This document shows positions 42,593 through 52,285 of a DNA stretch of 64,000 nucleotides, one piece after another. The notes beneath the pieces are model-generated. The model did no database searches. It was not told where the DNA came from and was given only the letters and a program-made list of their open reading frames with translations. The stretch lies in NCBI RefSeq assembly GCF_044324785.1, contig NZ_CP172128.1, one strand, 5' to 3'. The stretch is from Escherichia coli (GTDB lineage Bacteria > Pseudomonadota > Gammaproteobacteria > Enterobacterales > Enterobacteriaceae). Made by a program: the position numbers and the translations under genes. Within the stretch, counting starts at the first letter, position 1; the number at the start of each line of letters is the position of its first letter.

Positions 42593-42622
42593 CTGTACAT
42601 ATAACCACTGGTTTTATGTACA
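42593..42622. promoter_or_regulatory. overlapping dual LexA (SOS) operator of colicin promoter
   Basis: CTGTACATATAACCACTGGTTTTATGTACAG, the tandem-overlapping SOS-box architecture of colicin promoters, ~45-75 bp upstream of cba start. Confidence 0.7.
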
Positions 42623-42759
42623 GATCAAAAATTACGCCGCTGTGTTTTCTCTGTCAAGACTGTGGATTTCAATTTTTGTGAAAACGATCAAAAAACAGGC
42701 ACTCACACCACGTGCTATTCTCGCCTGATACCACAAAAAACTGCACAAGCATTACTGGT

Positions 42760-43222
42760 CAGGACGGCAGGAAGAATGCCCGCCGGCCAGCAGACTCACC
42801 GGCTGGTTCCGCTCTCGGACTCCTGGTACGTCAGCCAGCTGCAGACGATAGTGGCCACACTGAAAATCCCCATGGAACGGCGTAATAAACGAACAGGCAG
42901 GACAGAGAAAGCGCGGATCTGGGAAGTGACGGACAGAACGGTCAGTACCTGGATTGGGGAAGCGGTTGCCGCCGCTGCCGCTGATGGTGTGACGTTCTCT
43001 GCCCCGGTCACGCCACATACGTTCCGCCATTCCTATACGATGCACATGCTGTATGCCGGTATACCGCTGAAGGTCCTGCAGAGCCTGATGGGGCATAAGT
43101 CCATCAGCTCAACGGAAGTCTACACGAAGGTGTTTGCGCTGGATGTGGCTGCCCGGCACCGGGTGCAGTTTTCGATGCCTGAGTCCGATGCGGTCACAAT
43201 GCTGAAAAACAGACACGCATAA
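42760..43222 (+). pseudogene. resD paralog, 3' fragment (~155 codons)
   Basis: ~90% identical to 37590-38058 including downstream 70 bp; 5' part absent. Confidence 0.65.
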
Positions 43223-43358
43223 TTCATAAATCATAATTATGAATTGTGATTTATTCTGTAAAAAAGAGACCACTGCAATATGTGATCTCTTGTATGCAAG
43301 GGGGCTTAAACAGTATGAATTCACAAGTGTGATTTCATAAGTAATAACTTTTTGATTA

Positions 43359-43634
43359 TTATGTTAGTGTTTTTAAGTATTGCTCAAGGGCTACTCTGAC
43401 GATGGCACTTACATTTTTTGGATCTTTACCATTGCGTTTATTCCTCAATGCCAGATCTTCTATTGTGACAAGCATGCTTTCACCAAGAGAGATTGTCGTC
43501 CGACATTGTTTTTCTGGTTCGGTTTTTTCCGGCGCGCCGTATGGTTTATCCGCAAGGCGCTGAGCCAGAGCCTCTGCTTGTTCTACCGTAACTGCAGCTC
43601 TGTTTAATGCTTGCTGGCTGGGTTTCTTCACCAT
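43359..43634 (-). CDS. ParG-like RHH partition/centromere-binding protein
   Basis: 91 aa with C-terminal ribbon-helix-helix-like segment; immediately downstream of ParA-type ATPase. Confidence 0.5.
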   Translation of the reverse strand: MVKKPSQQALNRAAVTVEQAEALAQRLADKPYGAPEKTEPEKQCRTTISLGESMLVTIEDLALRNKRNGKDPKNVSAIVRVALEQYLKTLT

Positions 43635-44272
43635 GGGCCAAATACCTCATTCATTAAATGTTCAATTTCTGCTTTGGCTGCTGTATTGTTCGTTTCTACT
43701 ACACCGGTGCCGTTGCTCATGCAATCGCGATAGACTTTTCTGAAACAAATAACTGAATCCAGAACTTGAATTGTTGGGAATTCTTCAAGATATTCAAGGA
43801 ATTCTTTTCTCTCATTTCCCCTCAAAACCGGATTGGTTGTTGCCATACTTTGTAAACAATAAACCTTAAGTTCCGGGTTAAGGTTACGCATTGCGTCTAT
43901 CTGTTGTTCTAGTTCTGTAAGAGTATCCAGGTCTGGTTGAGAACACTGTAGTGGCGCAATTATTTGATGTGCGACAACTCCACTCGTTATGAATTCCTTT
44001 GAGTTTCTTCCTGCGACATCCACTATTACATCATCGAACTTTTCATTCAGAGCCTGTAGTGTTTGTGTCAGATTATCAAATTTCTCAACAAGAGTTATTG
44101 CTGGTAAAAGTCCTGCAGCTTCTCGTTCCGCATGATGTTTTGCGGCTGTTCGTTGTAGATCTCCGTTTAACAGGCAGACTTCCCTTCCTTTATTTGCGAG
44201 AGCAATAGCCAGGTTTGATGCAATGGTAGTTTTCCCTGAACCACCTTTGTTCCCACCAACTACAGTAATCAT
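43628..44272 (-). CDS. small ParA/ParF-type partition ATPase
   Basis: 214 aa, deviant Walker A GGNKGGSGKTT; type Ib size. Confidence 0.7.
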   Translation of the reverse strand: MITVVGGNKGGSGKTTIASNLAIALANKGREVCLLNGDLQRTAAKHHAEREAAGLLPAITLVEKFDNLTQTLQALNEKFDDVIVDVAGRNSKEFITSGVVAHQIIAPLQCSQPDLDTLTELEQQIDAMRNLNPELKVYCLQSMATTNPVLRGNERKEFLEYLEEFPTIQVLDSVICFRKVYRDCMSNGTGVVETNNTAAKAEIEHLMNEVFGPW

Positions 44273-44500
44273 TGCAACCTCATAAATGTGATGTGTGAAG
44301 TATGATGATATTTTGACACGGTAACCTGAGGTGTCAATATGCGTTCATATTTATGAAGTATGAAACATGAAGTGTTTCATATGATGTAATAAATAATACT
44401 TGTGTTTTGTGATTTCATAACTATGATAGTACTCAAATTGAGTATTACCTTGCAACCAGAAACAGTGATTTACTCAGATTGAGTATTTAAGGGGCTATAG
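44273..44500. promoter_or_regulatory. shared divergent promoter / candidate centromere region
   Basis: AT-rich; direct repeats ACTCA(A/G)ATTGAGTATT x2 and TGAAGTATGA-type repeats between the two divergent partition operons. Confidence 0.45.
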
Positions 44501-45472
44501 ATGAACGTATACTGCGATGATGGTTCAACAACAATCAAGTTGGCATGGAATGACAATGGGAAAATCAGTAAGTCGTTGTCGCAAAACTCATTTCGTCATG
44601 GATGGAAGGTTGACGGGTTAGGGATTCGCCAGACATTTAACTATGAACTGGATGGTAAAAAATACACGTATGATGAAGTTAGCAACCAATCTATTCTTAC
44701 GACTCATATTGAGTATCAATATACGGATGTTAACCTGTTAGCTGTGCATCACGCTTTACTGAATAGTGGATTAGTGCCTCAGCCTGTATCATTGACTGTG
44801 ACTTTGCCTATCAGTGAGTTCTACACGAAAGAGTGTCAAAAAAATGAACTCAACATTCAGCGTAAAATTGAGAATTTAATGAGGCCGATTCGTCTTAATA
44901 AAGGCGATGTTTTCACCATTGAACACGTTGATGTGATGCCTGAATCATTGCCAGCTGTGTTTTCTCGTCTGGTCATGGATAAAGTTGGTCAGTTCGAAAA
45001 ATCGCTGGTAGTTGATATTGGCGGCACTACGCTTGATGTTGGTGTTATCGTTGGTCAATTTGACTCTGTAAGTGCCATTCATGGTAATTCTGGCATTGGT
45101 GTGTCTTCAGTTACGAAAGCTGCAATGAGTGCATTGCGCATGGCATCCAGTGATACCAGTTTCCTCGTTGCAGATGAATTGATTAAACGTCGTAATGACC
45201 CGGACTTTGTTCGGCAGGTTATAAATGACGAAACAAAAACTGATCTGGTCCTTAATACCATTGAGGGGGCTATTGCCAGTCTGGGGGAGCAAGTAGTCAA
45301 TGAGCTCGGTGATTTTCATCATGTGAATCGTGTTTATGTTGTCGGTGGTGGGGCACCGTTGATCTATGATTCGATAAAAACGGCATGGCACCATCTTGGG
45401 CAAAAAGTAGTGATGATGGAGTCGCCACAGACAGCACTGGTTGAAGCTATCGCGGCTTTCAAAGAGGAGTAA
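44501..45472 (+). CDS. stbA: StbA/ParM actin-like partition ATPase
   Basis: 323 aa, ParM-like N-terminus (VYCDDGSTTIKLAW) and actin-fold phosphate motifs (DIGGTTLD). Confidence 0.8.
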   Translation: MNVYCDDGSTTIKLAWNDNGKISKSLSQNSFRHGWKVDGLGIRQTFNYELDGKKYTYDEVSNQSILTTHIEYQYTDVNLLAVHHALLNSGLVPQPVSLTVTLPISEFYTKECQKNELNIQRKIENLMRPIRLNKGDVFTIEHVDVMPESLPAVFSRLVMDKVGQFEKSLVVDIGGTTLDVGVIVGQFDSVSAIHGNSGIGVSSVTKAAMSALRMASSDTSFLVADELIKRRNDPDFVRQVINDETKTDLVLNTIEGAIASLGEQVVNELGDFHHVNRVYVVGGGAPLIYDSIKTAWHHLGQKVVMMESPQTALVEAIAAFKEE

Positions 45473-45476
45473 TATT

Positions 45477-45869
45477 GTGGACGATGAACGGAAAAGGAAA
45501 AAATTCACACTTTATCTGCATCCGGAAAAAGCTGCAGACTTTCAAACTTTGGAAGCGATAGAGTCCGTTCCGCGTTCTGAGCGTGGTGAGCTGTTCCGGA
45601 ATGCATTTATTTCTGGAATGGCGTTACACCAACTTGATCCTCGCCTGCCTGTATTGCTGACTGCCATTTTGAGCGAGGAGTTTTCAGCAGATCAGGTTGT
45701 AACCTTACTCAGTCAGACGACTGGATGGAAGCCTTCTCAGGCCGATATCAGAGCTGTGTTGACTGAACTCGGTGCTTCGCAATCTGCTGAAAAAATGCCT
45801 CCTTCTGCTACTGATTCGGTGCAGGAGGCAATGAATGATGTGCGCCTTAAAATGCAAAAATTATTCTGA
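45477..45869 (+). CDS. stbB: StbB/ParR-like partition adaptor
   Basis: small ORF after stbA; GTG start at 45477 proposed (ORF-track ATG at 45441 overlaps stbA). Confidence 0.55.
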   Translation: MDDERKRKKFTLYLHPEKAADFQTLEAIESVPRSERGELFRNAFISGMALHQLDPRLPVLLTAILSEEFSADQVVTLLSQTTGWKPSQADIRAVLTELGASQSAEKMPPSATDSVQEAMNDVRLKMQKLF

Positions 45870-45873
45870 TATA

Positions 45874-47145
45874 TCAGAATGAAGCAATGGGGATCTCAGT
45901 CCATTGTGTTGTATACGAAGGCGAGAGCATTTCCCGTTTCATTTGCCATTCAGGGGCGGTTCCTCGCCCCGCAAACCACACTTTCCCTTTTCCCGACTGG
46001 TTCAGTTCATCGAGTGTTTTCATTAACTTTTCACTGTTTTTACGGGGCTGGATTTCATCAAATAATCCCGGCTGCGCTATACCCGATGGTGTGAAATCAG
46101 CCAGCATGACTCCTGCCTTCATATAGCGGTACCCTTCACGCCAGACATGGTTTAAGGCTCTGCATGCGGCGGCAATAATGTCCCGGCTGTCCTGTGTGGG
46201 CAATGGAAGCTTTTCCACAGCGGCATTGCTGTAACAGGGTTCTTTTACTGCAAAGGGGGATGTCCGTACAAATGTCGTCACCTGCCGGCAATACTGACGC
46301 TCCCCACGTAGTTTCTCTGCGGCCCGCTCTGCATACTGAACAACAGCCTGGTGCATGGCATCTTTGTCTGTGATTCGTTCACCAAAACTGCGACTACAGA
46401 CAATCTGCTGTTTTGCCGGTGGTGCTTCTTCCAGGGATATGCAGGACTCGCCGTTGAGTTCGCGTACCGTACGCTCAAGAATGACGCTGAAGTTTTTCCG
46501 GATGAATGCCGTGTTAGCCTGCGCCAGCTGCAGTGCTGTGTTAATACCCAGCGCATTCAGCTTTTCCGTCAGTCTGCGTCCTACTCCCCAGACCTCACCA
46601 ACTGGCTGCAGTCCCAGTAGCTTCAAGATCCGATTACGGTTTTCTGCCGTCAGCGCGACCACACCGGAAAACTGTGGCCATTGCTTTGTTGCCCACTGTG
46701 CACTTTTAGCCAGCGTTTTTGTAGGCGCAATGCCCACCCCCATGGTGAGTCCTGTCCAGCTCTTTACCTGTTCCCTGAGCTGATGACCAAAAAACTCCGG
46801 AGAGATGCAATGATTTATCCCCCGCAAATCAATAAACATTTCATCAATTGAGTAGGGCTCAACTGCGGGAGAAAGCGACTCCAGAACAGCCATGACCCGT
46901 TGGCTCATGCTGTGGTACAGCGCATAATTGCTGGAAAATACATGTATTTTCTTCTCCAGGCGCATCTGTCTCACCTGAAACCAGGGCTGCCCCATTCTGA
47001 TGCCAAGGGCTTTTGCCTCCGGGCTGCGCGCGATCACACAGCCATCGTTATTGCTGAGTACGATGACCGGTTCGTTGCGAAGGTCCGGGCGGAAAACTTT
47101 TTCACATGAGGCGTAGAAACTGTTGATATCAGCCAGTGCAAACAT
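45874..47145 (-). CDS. impB: translesion DNA polymerase V catalytic subunit (UmuC/ImpB family)
   Basis: 423 aa Y-family polymerase (MFALADINSFYASCE..., SIDEMF). Confidence 0.85.
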   Translation of the reverse strand: MFALADINSFYASCEKVFRPDLRNEPVIVLSNNDGCVIARSPEAKALGIRMGQPWFQVRQMRLEKKIHVFSSNYALYHSMSQRVMAVLESLSPAVEPYSIDEMFIDLRGINHCISPEFFGHQLREQVKSWTGLTMGVGIAPTKTLAKSAQWATKQWPQFSGVVALTAENRNRILKLLGLQPVGEVWGVGRRLTEKLNALGINTALQLAQANTAFIRKNFSVILERTVRELNGESCISLEEAPPAKQQIVCSRSFGERITDKDAMHQAVVQYAERAAEKLRGERQYCRQVTTFVRTSPFAVKEPCYSNAAVEKLPLPTQDSRDIIAAACRALNHVWREGYRYMKAGVMLADFTPSGIAQPGLFDEIQPRKNSEKLMKTLDELNQSGKGKVWFAGRGTAPEWQMKREMLSPSYTTQWTEIPIASF

Positions 47146-47582
47146 CAGCGTAACTCCCGCGTCCTGTGTATCACGTGAGTGACAACACCAAAAATACAGA
47201 TGTTTTCCGGATACAGTGTGCGGAACTCCGGGCTGTCTGAAACCGGCTCCAGTGCCGGGCGTGGGCGCAACAGCAGTCGTTTGACGGTGAACTCACCGTC
47301 GATCTCAGCGATAACGATGTCCCCGTGTTGTGGTTTTTCGGCCCTGTCCACTACCAGCAGATCACCATTCTGCACGCCAGCCTGGTTCATCGATTCACCG
47401 CTGGCGCGCAGAAAGAAGGTGGCTGCAGGTCTGCTGATGCAATAGCTGTTCAGATCCAGTTCCTGCTCAGCATAATCAGTGGCAGGCGAAGGAAAACCGG
47501 CCTGGCAACGATCGGCAAACAACGGTCGCACGTAACTGTCATCGCCTGAAGGGTCAGCCGGACGGTGATAAACGGTACTCAT
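47145..47582 (-). CDS. impA: UmuD/ImpA-like self-cleaving SOS protein
   Basis: 145 aa, S24 peptidase (LexA-like) domain with Ser/Lys dyad region (ASGESM ... FTVKRL). Confidence 0.8.
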   Translation of the reverse strand: MSTVYHRPADPSGDDSYVRPLFADRCQAGFPSPATDYAEQELDLNSYCISRPAATFFLRASGESMNQAGVQNGDLLVVDRAEKPQHGDIVIAEIDGEFTVKRLLLRPRPALEPVSDSPEFRTLYPENICIFGVVTHVIHRTRELR

Positions 47583-47826
47583 GCTGCAGGCAGCCAGCTG
47601 TCGTCCTGCCAGATTTCTTCCAGCAGAGACAGGATACGTTCTTTATCCTTGTCGTTGCGGGCTCCTGTGACAGATACAGACGGGGCGCTGCCCTGGTCTA
47701 TACGCAGCCAGATTTCCGGGTAGTGTGGTTTCAGACGTTGTTCGATTTCATTCTGTAGCGCCTGAAGTGTGCCTGATTTGAGGTTTTTGTGCTCTGGCGG
47801 TCGAAAAGAATTTCAATGCGGATCAT
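47579..47826 (-). pseudogene. impC: impC-like small ORF with apparent frameshift
   Basis: ATG at 47826 encodes MIRIEILFDRQSTK then stops; a second frame continues to a stop overlapping impA start; frames join at an A/T5 homopolymer near 47783-47787. Confidence 0.45.
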
Positions 47827-47848
47827 GTTCTCATCTCCCTTTTCTATT

Positions 47849-47866
47849 GCTGTATGTATATACAGT
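47849..47866. promoter_or_regulatory. LexA (SOS) box upstream of impCAB
   Basis: GCTGTATGTATATACAGTA, perfect CTGT-N8-ACAG. Confidence 0.75.
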
Positions 47867-48219
47867 ATTCTAATAACTGAATCCACACACAGTCAAATGT
47901 CATTATTGTGACTAAAAAACGCTCAATTCTCTGAGGGTGTGGCTGTATGCCTGCTGTGGAGTGCTGTGTCCAGCTTATCCACAGCATTTTGTGCACGGTT
48001 CTGTGGACAAAATACCTGGTTACCCAGGCCGTGCCGGCACGTTAACCGGGCTGCATCCGATGCAAGTATGTCGCTGTCGCCGGCCTCCTCACCCGGTCAC
48101 GTTTCGTCGTTCCTCCTCCACGCGCTGCGGCTTCGGGGCCGCACCTGCATTCGTATGCGGTCGCCCGGTAACAGGTGCGGCACGGCCTGATGGAGGCCGC
48201 ATGTGAGAGGAGAATTCCC

Positions 48220-49146
48220 ATGCCAAACTGGTGCTCGAATCGTATGTATTTTTCTGGTGAACCGGCACAGATCGCTGAGATTAAACGACTGGCCAGTGGT
48301 GCAGTCACACCGCTTTATCGCCGCGCCACAAATGAAGGTATTCAGCTGTTTCTGGCCGGAAGTGCCGGACTTCTGCAGACCACTGAAGATGTGCGGTTTG
48401 AACCATGCCCCGGACTGACGGCTGCCGGACGTGGTGTTGTATCTCCGGAGAATATAGCGTTCACCCGCTGGCTGACACACCTGCAGAACGGTGTACTGCT
48501 GGATGAGCAAAACTGCCTGATGCTGCATGAACTCTGGCTGCAGAGCGGTACTGGACAGCGTCGCTGGGAAGGATTACCGGACGATGTCAGGGATACCATC
48601 ACCGCACTTTTCACCGCAAAAAGAGGTGACTGGTGTGGCTTCTGGAGTAACGAGGATGTATCGGTGTGGTGGAACCGTCTGTGTGACAATGTACTGCCGG
48701 AAAAAACCATGCCGTTTGACCTGCTGACGGTTCTGCCGACCCGCCTTGATGTTGAAGTGAATGGCTTCAACGGTGGTGTTCTGAACGGTGTTCCTTCTGC
48801 ATATCACTGGTATACAGAACTGTATGGTGTGAAGTGGCCTTGTGGGTATGACCTGAATATCAGCAGTCAGGGGGAAAACTTCATTCAGGTGGATTTCGAC
48901 ACGCCGTGGTGTCAGCCGGAAAGCGACGTTATTGCAGCATTAAGCCGCCGTTTCAGCTGCACGCTGGAGCACTGGTATGCCGAACAGGGCTGTGATTTCT
49001 GTGGCTGGCAGTTGTATGAGCGCGGAGAGCTTGTTGATGTGCTGTGGGGGGAACTGGAATGGTCTTCCCCGACAGATGACGATGAGCTGCCGGAAGTCAC
49101 CGGACCTGCGTGGATAGTCGACAATGTGGCGCATTATGGCGGATGA
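48220..49146 (+). CDS. hypothetical leading-region protein (Cys/Trp-rich, ~308 aa)
   Basis: long ORF with GAGGAG RBS before ATG at 48220; not recognised. Confidence 0.5.
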   Translation: MPNWCSNRMYFSGEPAQIAEIKRLASGAVTPLYRRATNEGIQLFLAGSAGLLQTTEDVRFEPCPGLTAAGRGVVSPENIAFTRWLTHLQNGVLLDEQNCLMLHELWLQSGTGQRRWEGLPDDVRDTITALFTAKRGDWCGFWSNEDVSVWWNRLCDNVLPEKTMPFDLLTVLPTRLDVEVNGFNGGVLNGVPSAYHWYTELYGVKWPCGYDLNISSQGENFIQVDFDTPWCQPESDVIAALSRRFSCTLEHWYAEQGCDFCGWQLYERGELVDVLWGELEWSSPTDDDELPEVTGPAWIVDNVAHYGG

Positions 49147-49194
49147 AGTATGACGGAGACGGGCGGGAAACCGCCCGTTTCTTTTCCGACAAAG

Positions 49195-49551
49195 GATGTC
49201 GCCGGCGGCTCCGCTTTACCCGGCCATGCGGGGCATGGCCTTGTGGGTTTTCAACTCTGTAGCCTCAGCGTCGTGTGCGGGCTGTGCCGTGCCTCCATCG
49301 TAGCCGGGCTTCTGCGGGCGGGTTGCAAGGTAAGGTGAACCGCTGCGGTCACCCGGTCCCTCCTTCCCGTCTGCCGTGATTTTCCGGTCGTTCACCCGCT
49401 CAGATTTCGCGGTCTCACCCTCCAACTCCCGTCAGCCGTGTGCGTCAGGCTGCGGCTTCCCTTGCGCCCTTGCAACCCTGCAGGCCCGGCAAAGATGGAG
49501 GCACGGCACCGCCCGGTGTCGCGGAATATGTGAACAACGGAGGAAAACATC
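49195..49551 (+). repeat. GC-rich structured leading-region repeat, type B copy 1 (Frpo/ssi-like)
   Basis: ~360 bp nearly identical to 56148-56507; ends at klcA start. Confidence 0.6.
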
Positions 49552-49977
49552 ATGCAATATGCGAAACCTGTCACTCTGAATGTTGAAGAGTGCGACCGTC
49601 TCTCCTTTCTGCCTTACCTGTTTGGCAACGATTTTCTGTATGCCGAGGCGTATGTGTACGCGCTGGCGCAAAAAATGATGCCGGAATATCAGGGAGGCTT
49701 CTGGCACTTCATCCGCCTGCCGGACGGTGGCGGTTACATGATGCCGGATGGCGACCGTTTCCACATGGTGAACGGTGCAAACTGGTTTGACCGTACCGTG
49801 AGTGCTGATGCCTGCGGCATCATTCTGACTTCCCTTGTGATTAACCGCCAGTTGTGGCTGTACCACGACAGCGGGGATGCGGGACTGACACACCTTTACC
49901 GGATGCGCGATGCGCAGTTGTGGAGCCACATCGAATTTCACCCCGAATGCAATGCGATTTACGCGGCACTGGACTGA
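49552..49977 (+). CDS. klcA: KlcA/ArdB-family antirestriction protein
   Basis: 141 aa, size and sequence character of KlcA/ArdB. Confidence 0.65.
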   Translation: MQYAKPVTLNVEECDRLSFLPYLFGNDFLYAEAYVYALAQKMMPEYQGGFWHFIRLPDGGGYMMPDGDRFHMVNGANWFDRTVSADACGIILTSLVINRQLWLYHDSGDAGLTHLYRMRDAQLWSHIEFHPECNAIYAALD

Positions 49978-50023
49978 TTAACGGACGGGGCGGCGATGCC
50001 GCCCCTGTAAAGGAGACGAGAAC

Positions 50024-50443
50024 ATGTACTGTACTGTTAAAGAAATTATCCGCGAAGTGCTGGATACAGACGTGCCGGACAGTGAATGCGTTTTTGCTGT
50101 GGTGCTGACCCGTGGGGATGTACGTCACATAGCCCGGGACTGGAACCTGACAGACGATGAGCTGGAAACCGTCATGCAGCGGCTGGACGATGCCTTTGAG
50201 CATGGTGCTGATGTCAGCATTGTTCACGACGTTGTTCGTGAACTGATGGAGGAAAAGCGCGTAAACCGTCTTGTAACAGTCCCTGCGGTGCTGCTGGAAA
50301 AAGTGATGGTGATGGCTGGTAGTGAAATTTATCGCCTCCATGCTGTAGGGAGCGAGAACGGGGGCGACGGTGACGCATTTGTCAGGGAAGAACGTGAGAT
50401 TATGCGGTTGATGCGTCAGGCGCTGGACGGGGAGAACGGGTAA
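50024..50443 (+). CDS. hypothetical leading-region protein
   Basis: 139-aa ORF, acidic; not recognised. Confidence 0.45.
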   Translation: MYCTVKEIIREVLDTDVPDSECVFAVVLTRGDVRHIARDWNLTDDELETVMQRLDDAFEHGADVSIVHDVVRELMEEKRVNRLVTVPAVLLEKVMVMAGSEIYRLHAVGSENGGDGDAFVREEREIMRLMRQALDGENG

Positions 50444-50634
50444 TGAATATCAGCACAGAAACCCGCGAAATTCTGCGCAATTACAAAGCCGTGATTAATG
50501 CACGACGTCGTGAGATGGGGCAGAAACCGCTCACCACCGCGCAGATTGTTGATGAAATCTGCGATTTTGTGGCAAATCAGCAGGCTGTTTTCCTCGGCGG
50601 TCACTACATCCTTCAGGGCAGCAGAAACAGGTGA
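50443..50634 (+). CDS. hypothetical small protein
   Basis: 63-aa ORF with start overlapping upstream stop. Confidence 0.35.
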   Translation: MNISTETREILRNYKAVINARRREMGQKPLTTAQIVDEICDFVANQQAVFLGGHYILQGSRNR

Positions 50635-50835
50635 TACAGGGCAGGCGGTGGAGGCCGCCTGTCAGCCCGCGCGAAAACCCCTGGCAGGCTGACGCCTGCC
50701 GGAAATGCGGGGTGCAGCGCCTGCGGCGCTGCCGGCCCGGCTTTCCGGTCAGAAGATAGTGTATGGCTGTATGCCAGGAACAGGTGCGATATTCCGTGAC
50801 ACTGTCACTGTTTCTGGCTGTCTTTTATTGCGCCC

Positions 50836-51403
50836 ACTTCGGCTCCCGGCTGCCTGGCGGCATCCGGTCGTCAGGCCCGACTACGACAGGCAGCTGCTTG
50901 CGCACCCGCCAGTCTCCGCCGAACCCGCTGGCGCGGTTTCGGGCTGTCGCTACGGTCCGATGCGTGAAAAACCGGGCTTGCAGCGACCGTTCCGGTCGCG
51001 CCGCCTCTGTCGCGCCGTGACCTGCGCTCCCTGCACACCTGACGGTGTGTGAGGAAACTGCGCCTGATGGCGCAGCAGTCTTCCCTCCTGCCGCCACCTC
51101 TGCGGCCTGTTTCCCGCTGTGGACTTTCCGGGGGGCAGACGTAACCCCCTCCCGTTCCATCTGTCCAGGGTGAGATGCACCGGCCACAAAATTTTTAGCC
51201 ATGAACCCGGCTAAAAATTTTGCGTCCGCCCCCGGACAGCTGTCCCGTGAGGCGGTAAACGGGCCCCCATCGGAAAGGTCCACTGCGGGGAGAAACCCCT
51301 GTGAAGTGGACGGCAGGAGGAGCTTTCGCTCCTCTGAAGGGGCACATGAACGTCCCGTCGCCGGTATCCGGTTTATCTCACATCTTTCAGTCAGGAGGTT
51401 CTT
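50836..51403 (+). repeat. GC-rich structured leading-region repeat, type A copy 1 (Frpo/ssi-like)
   Basis: homologous to 57192-57739 and 60527-60897; ends at ssb start. Confidence 0.6.
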
Positions 51404-51931
51404 ATGAGTGCACGTGGTATCAACAAGGTCATCCTCGTCGGGCGTCTGGGCAATGATCCGGAAGTCCGTTACATCCCCAACGGGGGCGCAGTGGCAAACC
51501 TGCAGGTGGCCACGTCAGAAAGCTGGCGCGACAAACAGACGGGGGAGATGCGGGAGCAGACGGAATGGCACCGCGTGGTGCTGTTCGGCAAGCTCGCGGA
51601 AGTGGCAGGTGAATATCTGCGCAAGGGCGCGCAGGTCTACATCGAGGGGCAACTCCGTACCCGTAGCTGGGAAGATAACGGTATCACCCGTTACGTCACT
51701 GAAATTCTTGTTAAGACCACGGGCACCATGCAGATGCTGGGGAGTGCACCACAGCAGAACGCTCAGGCGCAACCGAAGCCTCAGCAGAATGGGCAGCCAC
51801 AGAGTGCTGACGCGACGAAAAAAGGTGGCGCGAAAACGAAAGGCCGTGGACGTAAGGCCGCGCAGCCCGAGTCTCAGCCGCAACCGCCGGAGGGGGAGGA
51901 TTACGGGTTTTCAGACGATATCCCGTTCTGA
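51404..51931 (+). CDS. ssb: plasmid single-stranded DNA-binding protein
   Basis: OB-fold N-terminus [23 protein letters not shown].., Gly/Gln-rich linker, acidic tail DDIPF. Confidence 0.9.
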   Translation: MSARGINKVILVGRLGNDPEVRYIPNGGAVANLQVATSESWRDKQTGEMREQTEWHRVVLFGKLAEVAGEYLRKGAQVYIEGQLRTRSWEDNGITRYVTEILVKTTGTMQMLGSAPQQNAQAQPKPQQNGQPQSADATKKGGAKTKGRGRKAAQPESQPQPPEGEDYGFSDDIPF

Positions 51932-51949
51932 CTGGCCTGACTGTGATAA

Positions 51950-52222
<273 letters not shown>

Positions 52223-52285
52223 GAGAGGTGCCGGACGGGAACGCGTCCGGCAGACATACAACCATCCCGGTCAAAGGAGAAATAT

